A stretch of 64,000 nt of DNA from a virus: IMG/VR virus record IMGVR_UViG_3300020456_000005. One strand, 5' to 3'. This document shows, one piece after another, positions 18,672 through 28,148 of this stretch (its first letter is position 1; the number at the start of each line of letters is the position of its first letter). Made by a program: the position numbers and the translations under genes. The notes beneath the pieces were generated by a model that did no database searches, had not been told where the DNA came from, and saw only the letters and a program-made list of their open reading frames with translations.

Positions 18672-20219
18672 ATGGCTCGCAGATTAACAACAGCTGGAAC
18701 TGCACTTCAACAGAAAACAATTAATCCATTTTCTCAACCGTGTTTTACAGCATACACCATGAACCACTCTCATGGTGGTGGGTACTATCAGTACGATCAC
18801 AATTTTAACCTAATTGCTGCGGACCATGGTACTGGCGACGGTAGTGGATATGGTACGTTTAGAACGTATACTACTTCTGCTACTGAATTCTTTGAGAGTT
18901 CATCTAGTTATAGTAGTACTCAAACAAACGAAACTTCTAGTACTAACGGTGGTTGGTATGTATCTCATACTCCTATGGTCGGATATTTGGGGCATATGAG
19001 TCATACTCAAAGTGGCGGATCTTCAGGAAATATGGGTGGTTGGATTGCTGCTGGACGTGATAATGGTACTTCCTATAGAGCATATGCTTTCAGGGAATGT
19101 GTTCCCATTGTAGGTGAAACTTCCCAAGACTACGCACTGTTTTTCCCTAACGGTCATAATCAATCAAAACAAGAATTAATCTTAGGTCAAAGATCTGCTA
19201 CAAATTATTATTCATTAAGACGTAACGGTAGATATACTGGAAGAACTTATATCCCAAACACTTGGGAAGACCGTGATGGAAACAGTACAAATTTCTACAC
19301 CACATATGGCGGTGGTTGCTATAACAAGAAACAGAATAAGTTTCTTATTATGTACACGACTACTGATGGACGTTTCAAACCAGTAGTTTATAATAACGTT
19401 CCTGATCTTAGAGAATTCTCCCATAACGCTCAAGCGTTATACAATAATAATTTCACTTCCAGTCAGGATGAGGATAGTAATGCAAACAAATTATACGAGT
19501 ATTTCCACAATACTGCTAATGCTACTGAATATCAGCAGATAACTGGTTGGACTCCTTATAACAATCTTTCTAGTACTAATGAATCTAGATATAGACCTGT
19601 TCCTTTTCTATGTGACAATGGAGACATTCTACTCTTCTCAATGAATCCTAGTTATGGATATAGTATTTGGAAATGGGATGGAACTACAAAAGAGCAAGTA
19701 AGAATAAGTAGTAACGAAAATAATCTTAATCAAAACGGCGAATATTATCATGCATATAATTGGACTACTAACTATGGTCATGAGCAAGCTCATCAATGGG
19801 GTTCAAGATGGCAAGTAAGTACTGATGGTAAATATGCTTGGGCATACTGTGCTTCATACTATTATGGTGCTGGTGCATACTTTATGGTAGTTAGAATATC
19901 TGACGGTAAAATTCTTAAATTTGAAAATACTGATAGTACTTATGGAAGACAACCATGTCCCGTAGGTACTAGTTCTATGGGATGGTTAGAATGTTATAAC
20001 ACAGATGGTGGAGCAGGACTTTATTTCTCATGTCATGATTTAGAATATGAATTTGAGAGAAGAGGTAATGGACAGAACCTTTCTTTAGATGGTAACTACA
20101 TTCATACCCATTTTGAAGCTGGTACTTACAGCACTTCATATCCATGTATTATTCCAGCACATTATGATACTTCACTATTCAATAGTGAACCACACATGCC
20201 CAACTTAGATAACGTATAA
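18672..20219 (+). CDS. Putative receptor-binding/adhesin protein, copy A
   Basis: 515 aa, rich in Tyr/Gly/Asn/Ser; paralogue of 20759..22240. Confidence 0.55.
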   Translation: MARRLTTAGTALQQKTINPFSQPCFTAYTMNHSHGGGYYQYDHNFNLIAADHGTGDGSGYGTFRTYTTSATEFFESSSSYSSTQTNETSSTNGGWYVSHTPMVGYLGHMSHTQSGGSSGNMGGWIAAGRDNGTSYRAYAFRECVPIVGETSQDYALFFPNGHNQSKQELILGQRSATNYYSLRRNGRYTGRTYIPNTWEDRDGNSTNFYTTYGGGCYNKKQNKFLIMYTTTDGRFKPVVYNNVPDLREFSHNAQALYNNNFTSSQDEDSNANKLYEYFHNTANATEYQQITGWTPYNNLSSTNESRYRPVPFLCDNGDILLFSMNPSYGYSIWKWDGTTKEQVRISSNENNLNQNGEYYHAYNWTTNYGHEQAHQWGSRWQVSTDGKYAWAYCASYYYGAGAYFMVVRISDGKILKFENTDSTYGRQPCPVGTSSMGWLECYNTDGGAGLYFSCHDLEYEFERRGNGQNLSLDGNYIHTHFEAGTYSTSYPCIIPAHYDTSLFNSEPHMPNLDNV

Positions 20220-20221
20220 CC

Positions 20222-20719
20222 ATGGCTTTCGTAGGATATAATAAAGAATTTGGCAATGCCACAGGTGTTTATGACACCGAAGCAGAAGCCCTTAAACGTG
20301 GGGGAGCTCGCCCAGAAGATTATATTGTAGTAGAATATGATTGGCAGGAAACCGATTACCTACCGTCAATGACGGTATCAGATGCTGGTGTCATGTCAAA
20401 TAGATTTCCTGGTAAAACAATTGATGAGCAACGTGCTTTAATTGAAGCAGAATCTGAACAAAGACAAATTGACACTGAAATCAAATTCAAAACTGAAGCA
20501 ATTAAACTGCATGCCAGAGTATTACTAGAAGAAATGCAATGGATGGAAACACGAGCTCGTGATACCGATTTAGTTAATGGTAATAATGATGCGATGAATG
20601 CTTATCGTGCAAAAAGAAATTTAGTTAGAACTGAATCAAACGAAGCAGAAGTGAAATTGAATGCATTAACGACTATTGAAGAACTAAGAGCATTTCAAGC
20701 TAAAGACCAATTCAGCTAA
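20222..20719 (+). CDS. Putative tail-fibre assembly chaperone, copy A
   Basis: Helical C-terminus (W..RA...Y....R..SN..E..LNALTTIEELRAF), Tfa/DUF4376-like; paralogue of 22271..22804. Confidence 0.5.
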   Translation: MAFVGYNKEFGNATGVYDTEAEALKRGGARPEDYIVVEYDWQETDYLPSMTVSDAGVMSNRFPGKTIDEQRALIEAESEQRQIDTEIKFKTEAIKLHARVLLEEMQWMETRARDTDLVNGNNDAMNAYRAKRNLVRTESNEAEVKLNALTTIEELRAFQAKDQFS

Positions 20720-20758
20720 ATATAGTTGATTGATATCCCAAGATACTGAGTATTCCCA

Positions 20759-22240
20759 ATGGCAAGAAGTATTAGCACAAAACCCGCAACGGTTAAATCA
20801 AAAACTCAAAATCCATATACACAACCATGTTTTGCTACGTATGCATGCGAACATAGTGTATATGGATGTGGGTATATTTTATTTGATCATAACCTTGAAG
20901 CAATTGGAAAATACGTTGGTGATGGAAACTATCACCAAAATCAATTCAGAACTTATACTTCGTATTCTCCAGAATTTTGGAATAACTATGCAGGTTCTGC
21001 TTACATGGAGACGCAAGGTCATGCAGGTAGTAGCGAGAATTATGGTTCTAATACCTGTAATAATGGTTACTTAGGACATATGGGTCATTATAGCGTGACT
21101 GAATTTGCTAAAACTGCAGGATATAACCGTGGTTGGCCATCAGCACACAATTATAATGCATATGGATTTAGAGATGTTAATTCTATTGTAGGTGATATCA
21201 ATCAAGATTGGGCATGGTTTACTGACAGAGATGGAAGTGGACACAGAATGTTGTTTGGTCAAAGAAGTGCTGCTAAGTATTATCAGAATAGGGTTAGAGA
21301 AGGGATGAACATGGTTAATGTCCCAATTCAATCTCAAGAAGGTCCTACTAGTAGTACTGGAACTACGGATAATAGATTCTATGGTGGTTCCTGCATCAAT
21401 ACCAGAGCTAATAGAGTTTGCTTGATGCAAACAGATGGCAGTGGTTATAAGCAACCCATTGTTTATAACAATGTAAAAATGGATTGGAGAGCATACGCTC
21501 TTCATAATAATCATTTTGCAGGAACAACAGAAGCAAGTGCTGCTAAATCAGATAGTGATTCAAAGATCTATCAGTTCTTTAACAACAGTGCAAACTATAC
21601 TGCATATGATAGAGCAAATCATTCTAATGCAGCATCTTACTCAGGTTCAGGAGAATCTTATTGGAGAACTCAATCTTGTATCTGTGATAATGGAATGGTA
21701 TATACCTTCTCAATGACACCTGGCAACGGTTGTTCATTTGAAAAGTGGAATACGGACGGAACATACGCTGGTGTACAATGGAACGGAACTTGGACCACAT
21801 CATATGGTTATGAGCAAGGTCATCGCTTTGGTTCTAGATGGCAAGTAAGTAGCGATGGTGAGTATTGGTGGGCATACTGTCCTTCATACTATTATGGTGC
21901 TGGTATTTACTTTGCAGTGGTTAGAGTCAGTGATGGTAAGTGGTTGTATTTCCAATCAAATGATAGTACTCATGGAAGATCTTTGGCACCATTAGGTAAA
22001 CATAAAATGGTGTATACATATTCCACCAACAAAGATAATCCTGGTACTTACTACAGAATTATGGATTTTGATTATGAATTCAGAAGAAGACCTAATGGAG
22101 ACAATATCGGTGACTGGGATAGTAACTATTCCGCTTACTTACTTGATACTGCAGGAAACAGTACTGGATATCCATTCATTATTCCAGCGATGTACAACAC
22201 TTCCCTGTTTACTTCTCAGTTAGAGAGTAACGTAGAGTAA
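20759..22240 (+). CDS. Putative receptor-binding/adhesin protein, copy B
   Basis: 493 aa; shares NP(F/Y)xQPCF, GYLGHM, YGG.C and GSRWQVSxDGxYxWAYCxSYYYGAG with copy A. Confidence 0.55.
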   Translation: MARSISTKPATVKSKTQNPYTQPCFATYACEHSVYGCGYILFDHNLEAIGKYVGDGNYHQNQFRTYTSYSPEFWNNYAGSAYMETQGHAGSSENYGSNTCNNGYLGHMGHYSVTEFAKTAGYNRGWPSAHNYNAYGFRDVNSIVGDINQDWAWFTDRDGSGHRMLFGQRSAAKYYQNRVREGMNMVNVPIQSQEGPTSSTGTTDNRFYGGSCINTRANRVCLMQTDGSGYKQPIVYNNVKMDWRAYALHNNHFAGTTEASAAKSDSDSKIYQFFNNSANYTAYDRANHSNAASYSGSGESYWRTQSCICDNGMVYTFSMTPGNGCSFEKWNTDGTYAGVQWNGTWTTSYGYEQGHRFGSRWQVSSDGEYWWAYCPSYYYGAGIYFAVVRVSDGKWLYFQSNDSTHGRSLAPLGKHKMVYTYSTNKDNPGTYYRIMDFDYEFRRRPNGDNIGDWDSNYSAYLLDTAGNSTGYPFIIPAMYNTSLFTSQLESNVE

Positions 22241-22270
22241 TAAATAATAAGAGGAAACTAGAGTAATCAC

Positions 22271-22804
22271 ATGGCACACATCTTTTTTACCACAGAAGCA
22301 GGGGTGATTAAACCAAAAAATATTTGGGATTTAAAACCATTTGAGGACGAGACACTAGAATCTGGTGATTATCTTGTTGAGTATGATTTTGATCCTACTG
22401 TTGAGGAATTTCTATCTTTATCATTGAATGATGCCAAAGATACTGTTGTTAATCGTTTCCCTGGTAAAACATTAGCAGAACAGAAAGCGTTGCTGGCAGA
22501 AGAAACTAAAGCAGAAAGAATTGCATTAGTTAAGGATGTTAAAACTAGAAGAATTAAATCTTTAGTTGCGGATGCTATTGAACCAGTTGAGTGGAGAGCA
22601 GAAAGAGCAATAGAACTAGATGCTATAGAAGGTGATGGTGTTACTACCAGACAAGCAAAAGTTGCTGCATATAGAAAAGCAGCACGTGATGCTAATAATG
22701 CACACGAAGCGGCTTTACTAGCTCTTACTGAAGAAGAAGATATAGTAGCATTTGATCCTAATTGGGTTCCTGCATTTCAGGCAGCAAATCCAATTGATTT
22801 CTGA
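22271..22804 (+). CDS. Putative tail-fibre assembly chaperone, copy B
   Basis: Shares VEYD and NRFPGKTxxEQxAL with copy A. Confidence 0.5.
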   Translation: MAHIFFTTEAGVIKPKNIWDLKPFEDETLESGDYLVEYDFDPTVEEFLSLSLNDAKDTVVNRFPGKTLAEQKALLAEETKAERIALVKDVKTRRIKSLVADAIEPVEWRAERAIELDAIEGDGVTTRQAKVAAYRKAARDANNAHEAALLALTEEEDIVAFDPNWVPAFQAANPIDF

Positions 22805-22818
22805 TCATCATTAGCAAT

Positions 22819-22852
22819 TATAAATACCCTTAGGAAACTAGGGGTATTTTTT
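22819..22852 (+). promoter_or_regulatory. Late promoter TATAAATA overlapping a terminator-like hairpin
   Basis: TATAAATA at 22819-22826; ATACCCTTAG-GAAA-CTAGGGGTAT followed by a T-run directly before the g13 ATG. Confidence 0.75.
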
Positions 22853-23656
22853 ATGGCTCAACCTTCTAGCAGGTCCGAGCTAAGGGACTACTGTTTAAGA
22901 CAATTAGGGTTCCCAGTTCTGGAAATCAACATAGATGACGATCAAATTGACGATGCAATTGATGATGCATTGCAATATTATCGTGAGCGTCATTATGATG
23001 GTGTAGAACGTATGTACCTAAAGCATCTGTTTACTGCTGCAGATGAAACTAAATTTGAAACTTCAAATACCACTACAACAGTTAATGGAGATACATGGGA
23101 AGAAAGAAATAGATACATTTCTATCCCTCCTCACGTCATGGGTATTTCCAGAGTTTTTGGACTTGCAAGTAATGCGATTAGAAATAACCTGTTTGGCATT
23201 GAGTATCAGATTTTTCTAAATGATCTTTATGCTGTTGGTTCACTTGATATGCTTAACTACTTCATGGTTAAGCAGTGGATGGAAACCATTGATATGGTTT
23301 TAAATAATGGTTCTTTTGTTGAGTATAGATTTAATTTACGTCAGGATAGATTATACCTAGATGTAGGTAAAGACATGCTTGATGAAGATGTATATGTGAT
23401 TATTGATTGCTTTAGAGCTCTTGATCCAGATACATTTACTCAAGTTTATAACGATACTTTTGTTAAAAAGTATACAACCGCATTGATTAAAAGGCAATGG
23501 GGTCAGAATCTTATTAAGTTTAATGGTATTCAACTTCCTGGTGGAGTAAGTATGAATGGCAGACAGTTATATGATGATGCAGAAAAAGAAATTGCTGCAC
23601 TAATGGAAAAATCTAGCAGCACATTTGAACTTCCCCCAATGGATATGATCGGATGA
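22853..23656 (+). CDS. g13: Neck protein gp13
   Basis: ELRDYCLRQLGFPVLEINID...KRQWGQNLIKFNGIQLPGG; synteny. Confidence 0.93.
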   Translation: MAQPSSRSELRDYCLRQLGFPVLEINIDDDQIDDAIDDALQYYRERHYDGVERMYLKHLFTAADETKFETSNTTTTVNGDTWEERNRYISIPPHVMGISRVFGLASNAIRNNLFGIEYQIFLNDLYAVGSLDMLNYFMVKQWMETIDMVLNNGSFVEYRFNLRQDRLYLDVGKDMLDEDVYVIIDCFRALDPDTFTQVYNDTFVKKYTTALIKRQWGQNLIKFNGIQLPGGVSMNGRQLYDDAEKEIAALMEKSSSTFELPPMDMIG

Positions 23657-25062
23657 AAAAGGTATACTTTCCTCAGTACGGTGGTAATAAGACTGAACAA
23701 AATCTTGTACAAGATTTAGTAGACGAACAGATTAAACTGTTTGGTCAGGATGTCTATTATATTCCTAGAGTTCAAATTAAAGATAGAACGTTAGGAGAAG
23801 TTATTCAATCTGAATTCAATCAAAGTTATATGATTGAAATGATGATGGTTAACGTAGAAGGTTTTGGAGCAGGCAATGAATTTATCAGTAAATTTGGTCT
23901 TAGGATTACTGATGAAATTACATTTGTTGTTTCAAGAAGAAGATGGGAACAGTCTGCAAATCCTGCTTTAAATTTAGCAGTAGATGGTAGACCCAATGAA
24001 GGAGATTTAGTTTACTTTCCATTAACTGAAGATACATATGAAATAAAGTATGTTGAAAGAGAACAACCTTTCTTCCAGTTGGGGAAACAGTATTTTTATG
24101 TTCTTACTGCTGAGCTCTACGAGCAAGGAGCAGACAAATTTGACACGGGAATTGACGAAATTGACGGTATTGAAAGAGATTTCAGTAACATCACAACCCT
24201 TAATCTTGGTCTTACTACCAGACAGCAAGCAACTGGAACAGTTACCGTTGATTCTAGCGGCAGTATATCTGGAGCAACTGTAACACTAGCAGGCACTGGA
24301 TATAACACTGCTCCAAATGTAACGATAACTAATGCTGGAAATGCATCTGGTGGAATTATTGAATCAACTATTTCTGATGGAGGTGTAGTATCTTTATCGG
24401 TTGTAAATGGTGGTATTAATTTTGATCCATCTAATCCACCAACAATTGTGATTGATGCCCCACCAGAAGGAATTCAATTTATTGCAGATGAGCATGTTGT
24501 TATTGGTGGGATGGTACAGCAGAGTGGTAGTAGAACATGGACATCATCTAATGGTGTCATTGAAGTAACTGCACTTGGTGGATTTGATCCTAACTATGCA
24601 ACTACCACACAGAAAAAATATTACTATTGGAAATTTGAAGATAGTAGAATTTCTTATGTGTACACATTTAATGGTACAGATGCAACAACTGTACCAGGAC
24701 ATTTTTATTATGATTCAACAAATTTAAAGTATGTAATCAATGCATACACTGAGACTGTTACTAGCGGTCAAAGAGCGCAGATGTTTGACCTAGACAGTGC
24801 AACTATTGCTGAGGTTGCAGATTGGAATGGTTCTACTTACACATTAGAAGTTATGAACCGTACTGGAAACTTTATTGATGGTGATTTGGTTCGTGGTGTA
24901 GAATCAAATGCGATATATACAGTTGGATCGTTCTCTACGATTGACAACACAAGCACCGAGTTTGATCAAAATCAATCAATAGAAAGTGGTGCGGATGACA
25001 TTATTGATTGGGGTGAGAAAAACCCATTCGGTGAATTTGGTAATTTTACAGGTAGCTTCTGA
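23653..25062 (+). CDS. g14: Neck protein gp14
   Basis: EQNLVQDLVDEQIKLFGQDVYYIPR, RPNEGDLVYFP, EQPFFQLGK, C-terminal NPFG. Confidence 0.92.
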   Translation: MKKVYFPQYGGNKTEQNLVQDLVDEQIKLFGQDVYYIPRVQIKDRTLGEVIQSEFNQSYMIEMMMVNVEGFGAGNEFISKFGLRITDEITFVVSRRRWEQSANPALNLAVDGRPNEGDLVYFPLTEDTYEIKYVEREQPFFQLGKQYFYVLTAELYEQGADKFDTGIDEIDGIERDFSNITTLNLGLTTRQQATGTVTVDSSGSISGATVTLAGTGYNTAPNVTITNAGNASGGIIESTISDGGVVSLSVVNGGINFDPSNPPTIVIDAPPEGIQFIADEHVVIGGMVQQSGSRTWTSSNGVIEVTALGGFDPNYATTTQKKYYYWKFEDSRISYVYTFNGTDATTVPGHFYYDSTNLKYVINAYTETVTSGQRAQMFDLDSATIAEVADWNGSTYTLEVMNRTGNFIDGDLVRGVESNAIYTVGSFSTIDNTSTEFDQNQSIESGADDIIDWGEKNPFGEFGNFTGSF

Positions 25063-25859
25063 TGTTAGGAACACAATTTTATAACGAGGCAGTTAGAAAA
25101 ACTGTCATATCATTTGGAACATTATTCAATAATATTGAATTGAAAAAAACTGTTGATGGTCAAGTACTTGAGACAGAAAAAGTTCCTTTAGCTTATGGAC
25201 CTAAACAAAAATTTCTTTATAGACTTCAAGGCAATCCAACTGACGGAAGAAAAGTAGCAATTACTTTGCCAAGACTTTACTTTGAAATGTCTAGTATTGA
25301 ATATGATGGGTCTAGAAAAACAACAGCATTACAAAAATATAGAACCGTAATTGATGATAACGGCACAGAAGTTAAGACACAGTATGTTCCAGTTCCATAC
25401 AATATCGGATTTGAATTAGGAGTTATTGCAAAGTCTCAAGATGATGGACTTCAGATTCTAGAACAAATTTTACCATTCTTCCAACCATCATTGAACGTAA
25501 GTATTAAATTTATTCCTGATATGGATGAGATTAGGGATGTTTCTATTGTACTAAACAATATAAATTTTGAAGATGATTGGGAAGATGATTTTACTACAAG
25601 AAGATCTATAACTTATACATTATCATTTACTGCAAAGTCTTACATCTATGGTCCTTACACCAAGGCAGATGTCATTCGTAAGTCACGAGTTATTGAGACT
25701 ATTGGTGATCTTAATGTTAATAAGAGGCATGTTGAATTAAACTATACTCCTAAGGCAACTGTTGATTATAATCAAGATGGACAAGTTGATGCTGCAGACG
25801 ATGCATTTGTAACTGCAGATGATGATTTTGGATTTAACGAAGGAGTTGAATTCTTATGA
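25062..25859 (+). CDS. g15: Tail sheath stabiliser/terminator gp15
   Basis: FGTLFNNI, VPLAYGPKQKFL, QILEQILPFFQP. Confidence 0.93.
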   Translation: MLGTQFYNEAVRKTVISFGTLFNNIELKKTVDGQVLETEKVPLAYGPKQKFLYRLQGNPTDGRKVAITLPRLYFEMSSIEYDGSRKTTALQKYRTVIDDNGTEVKTQYVPVPYNIGFELGVIAKSQDDGLQILEQILPFFQPSLNVSIKFIPDMDEIRDVSIVLNNINFEDDWEDDFTTRRSITYTLSFTAKSYIYGPYTKADVIRKSRVIETIGDLNVNKRHVELNYTPKATVDYNQDGQVDAADDAFVTADDDFGFNEGVEFL

Positions 25860-26269
25860 GTAGTCTAGAAGAAAATATGGAAGACATCCTCAACATAGAT
25901 GCTGAGGTAGTAGAAAGTAAACCAAGTAAACCAGTTCCACCTAAAGTGGACAAGGACGACCGCACAAAAGACTATGAGTATACTCGTGGAGAATTGTACT
26001 CACTCATAGATCAGGGTCAGGAGGCGGTCAGAGGTGCCTTAGAGGTTGCTCAGGAAAGTGGGCACCCAAGAGCATACGAGGTTGCTGTAGCGGCAATGAA
26101 GCACGTTGCAGACATGACTGAGAAACTACAAGACCTTCATAAGAAGATGAAAGATTTAGATGCTGAAGCAAAGAAAGGTCCAAACAGCGTCACTAATAAT
26201 GCTATGTTCGTTGGCAGTACAGCAGAACTACAAAAAATGCTAAAGGAAATGGGCGGTGGTAAACGGTAA
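25856..26269 (+). CDS. g16: Terminase small subunit gp16
   Basis: DYEYTRGELYSL, HPRAYEV, FVGSTAELQKML. Confidence 0.93.
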   Translation: MSSLEENMEDILNIDAEVVESKPSKPVPPKVDKDDRTKDYEYTRGELYSLIDQGQEAVRGALEVAQESGHPRAYEVAVAAMKHVADMTEKLQDLHKKMKDLDAEAKKGPNSVTNNAMFVGSTAELQKMLKEMGGGKR

Positions 26270-26296
26270 ATAAATATCATTGTGAGCAACTAAATT

Positions 26297-27010
26297 ATGG
26301 AATTTCAATATCCAAATGAATTTGATTTTATGGAAGGCATAGATGCCTTTCCTGCATATGTCTATAAAACAAAATTTGATTTTAATTTTAAATCATTTCA
26401 ATCTAAAGTGGATGAATACTTAAAAGCATCAAAAGAACTTTCTACAGAAAGAGGTTGGAAAGATCCTGAGCATGGTGATGCTATTACTGGGGTTCATTTC
26501 AATAACACTGAAGAATTTAAAGTAGAAACAGATTGGGATGTTCCACATAATTGGAAAGAATTTAAAGAATTTTTTGACTTTGTTGAGTACGTAACTCCAT
26601 TCTTAATGAATACATGGTTCAAAGCTCCGCCATGCCATATGCATGTTTCGGAATCTTGGATTAATGTACATAGAAAAGGAGGGTGGACAGAACCACACCA
26701 TCATCAAAATGCATGTATTGCTATTGCAGCTTATCTAGAAGTTCCAGAAAAAAGTGGGAACCTTCTAATTGAAAATCCACTAAGACCATATAAATGTTCA
26801 GAACCTCTAGCTCAAAATAGTACTGATCTTATCTGGGGACCTATTGAAGTAGAGACAAATGATGTTTTATTTTTTCCTGGTTGGTTAACTCACAAAACTG
26901 AATCAAATCCTATTGACAATCCTCGCTATGTTCTTTCAACTAATCTAGCAGTATTGAATGGTTTGAAGAGCAAACCTACTTGGCATTACGAAGGTAGGAG
27001 AGATAAATAA
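26297..27010 (+). CDS. 2OG-Fe(II) oxygenase (TIGR02466-like)
   Basis: WINVH...PHHH, FFPGWLTH, RYVLSTN. Confidence 0.8.
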   Translation: MEFQYPNEFDFMEGIDAFPAYVYKTKFDFNFKSFQSKVDEYLKASKELSTERGWKDPEHGDAITGVHFNNTEEFKVETDWDVPHNWKEFKEFFDFVEYVTPFLMNTWFKAPPCHMHVSESWINVHRKGGWTEPHHHQNACIAIAAYLEVPEKSGNLLIENPLRPYKCSEPLAQNSTDLIWGPIEVETNDVLFFPGWLTHKTESNPIDNPRYVLSTNLAVLNGLKSKPTWHYEGRRDK

Positions 27011-27024
27011 TTAACGGTGCGGTT

Positions 27025-27201
27025 ATGGAAATGAGATTAAATACTTGCGACATTTATCGTCTTAAGCAAGCATGTAAATTGTATCAAGAGAAGACTGGAT
27101 CTGAATGGATGTGGGAACAATATGATGATCTGATTCAAAAACTTCATGTATATCATGAGGAATATTGCGCGGATCAGGAGTGTATGAGGAAAATCTGTTA
27201 A
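27025..27201 (+). CDS. Hypothetical 58-aa protein (MEMRLNTCDIYRLKQACKLYQEKTGSEWMWEQY...), not in ORF track
   Basis: Follows GATAAATA at about 27002; translated by hand. Confidence 0.6.
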   Translation: MEMRLNTCDIYRLKQACKLYQEKTGSEWMWEQYDDLIQKLHVYHEEYCADQECMRKIC

Positions 27202-27425
27202 ATCAATTAAACGCAGAGTGTACTAAACTTTGGTGGAAGTGGCATGAATTGTATTCAAACCCAGAAACCAGAAGATCTTCTGATGAAAAAGAAGCACGAA
27301 AAAACTGGTGTAAATCAGTTGACATACTGAGCGAAGCACTTAGTCTTGAATTCCTAACAAATCCACGGTACGATAATATAAAAGAACAAGAAAGTAGGGT
27401 AAATAGAGATAGATATAATAGTTGA
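27165..27425 (+). CDS. Hypothetical protein
   Basis: ORF track; fills the gap in the operon; start uncertain. Confidence 0.5.
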   Translation: MRGSGVYEENLLNQLNAECTKLWWKWHELYSNPETRRSSDEKEARKNWCKSVDILSEALSLEFLTNPRYDNIKEQESRVNRDRYNS

Positions 27426-27434
27426 ATAATTTTG

Positions 27435-27758
27435 ATGAAATTTATTATTACTTTTCTAGCTACACTATTGTTTGCTGTTCCTGCATGGGCAGTAGATGTA
27501 ACCATGGGTTCAAATGGTAATCTAGTTTTTGAACCTAGCGACATTTCAATTAAAGCGGGAGATACTATTCACTTTGTAAATGGTATGCTTCCACCACACA
27601 ATATTATTGTTGAAGGAAGAGAAGACCTTTCTAGGGAGTCACTTATGTTTTCACCTGGAGAATCACAAGATATTACTTTTGCAGATGCTGGCGACTACGA
27701 ATTCTATTGTGCCCCACATAAGGGTGCTGGAATGGTAGGCACCATTCATGTAGATTAA
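27435..27758 (+). CDS. petE: Plastocyanin
   Basis: Signal peptide, PHNI (His ligand) and YCAPHKGAGMVG (Cys/His/Met Cu ligands). Confidence 0.96.
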   Translation: MKFIITFLATLLFAVPAWAVDVTMGSNGNLVFEPSDISIKAGDTIHFVNGMLPPHNIIVEGREDLSRESLMFSPGESQDITFADAGDYEFYCAPHKGAGMVGTIHVD

Positions 27759-27762
27759 AGTC

Positions 27763-27987
27763 ATGGCTATAGGTCATCGTTTCAAGAAATTACCACCACC
27801 ACCAAATTATGTAACTCGCGAAGAGGTACAGGAGATGATAGATGATGCAATACGACAACATAATCGTAACGCTTCAATTATCAGTTTTTGTGTTGGTTGG
27901 GTTGTTCTTGCACTTTTTGCTGAGGGTCTTCTTAGACTTATTGGAGTGATACCTCCCTTACTTCCATGGCTGAAAATCACACTATAG
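27763..27987 (+). CDS. Hypothetical membrane microprotein
   Basis: EEVQEMIDDAIRQHNRNASIIS followed by a hydrophobic segment. Confidence 0.65.
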   Translation: MAIGHRFKKLPPPPNYVTREEVQEMIDDAIRQHNRNASIISFCVGWVVLALFAEGLLRLIGVIPPLLPWLKITL

Positions 27988-28148
27988 AATGGATATGGGT
28001 TATAACCCTATTCATTATTGGTATAAGTTTATTATGCCAAGGATATTTTATTATGACTGGTAAACATGGATACATCCATCACGAGCGTGAAAAACAAAAA
28101 ATGTATAATGCTCGTAAACAAATTGAAAATTTATTAAAAAACAAATGA
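27966..28148 (+). CDS. Hypothetical membrane microprotein
   Basis: 60 aa with one TM-like segment; ATGA-coupled to gnd. Confidence 0.55.
   Translation: MAENHTIEWIWVITLFIIGISLLCQGYFIMTGKHGYIHHEREKQKMYNARKQIENLLKNK

Noticed and set aside
12739-22804. Diversity-generating retroelement (Mtd-like domain plus paralogous repeats)
   Set aside because: No reverse transcriptase or avd in the window; differences between the paralogous blocks are not adenine-specific.
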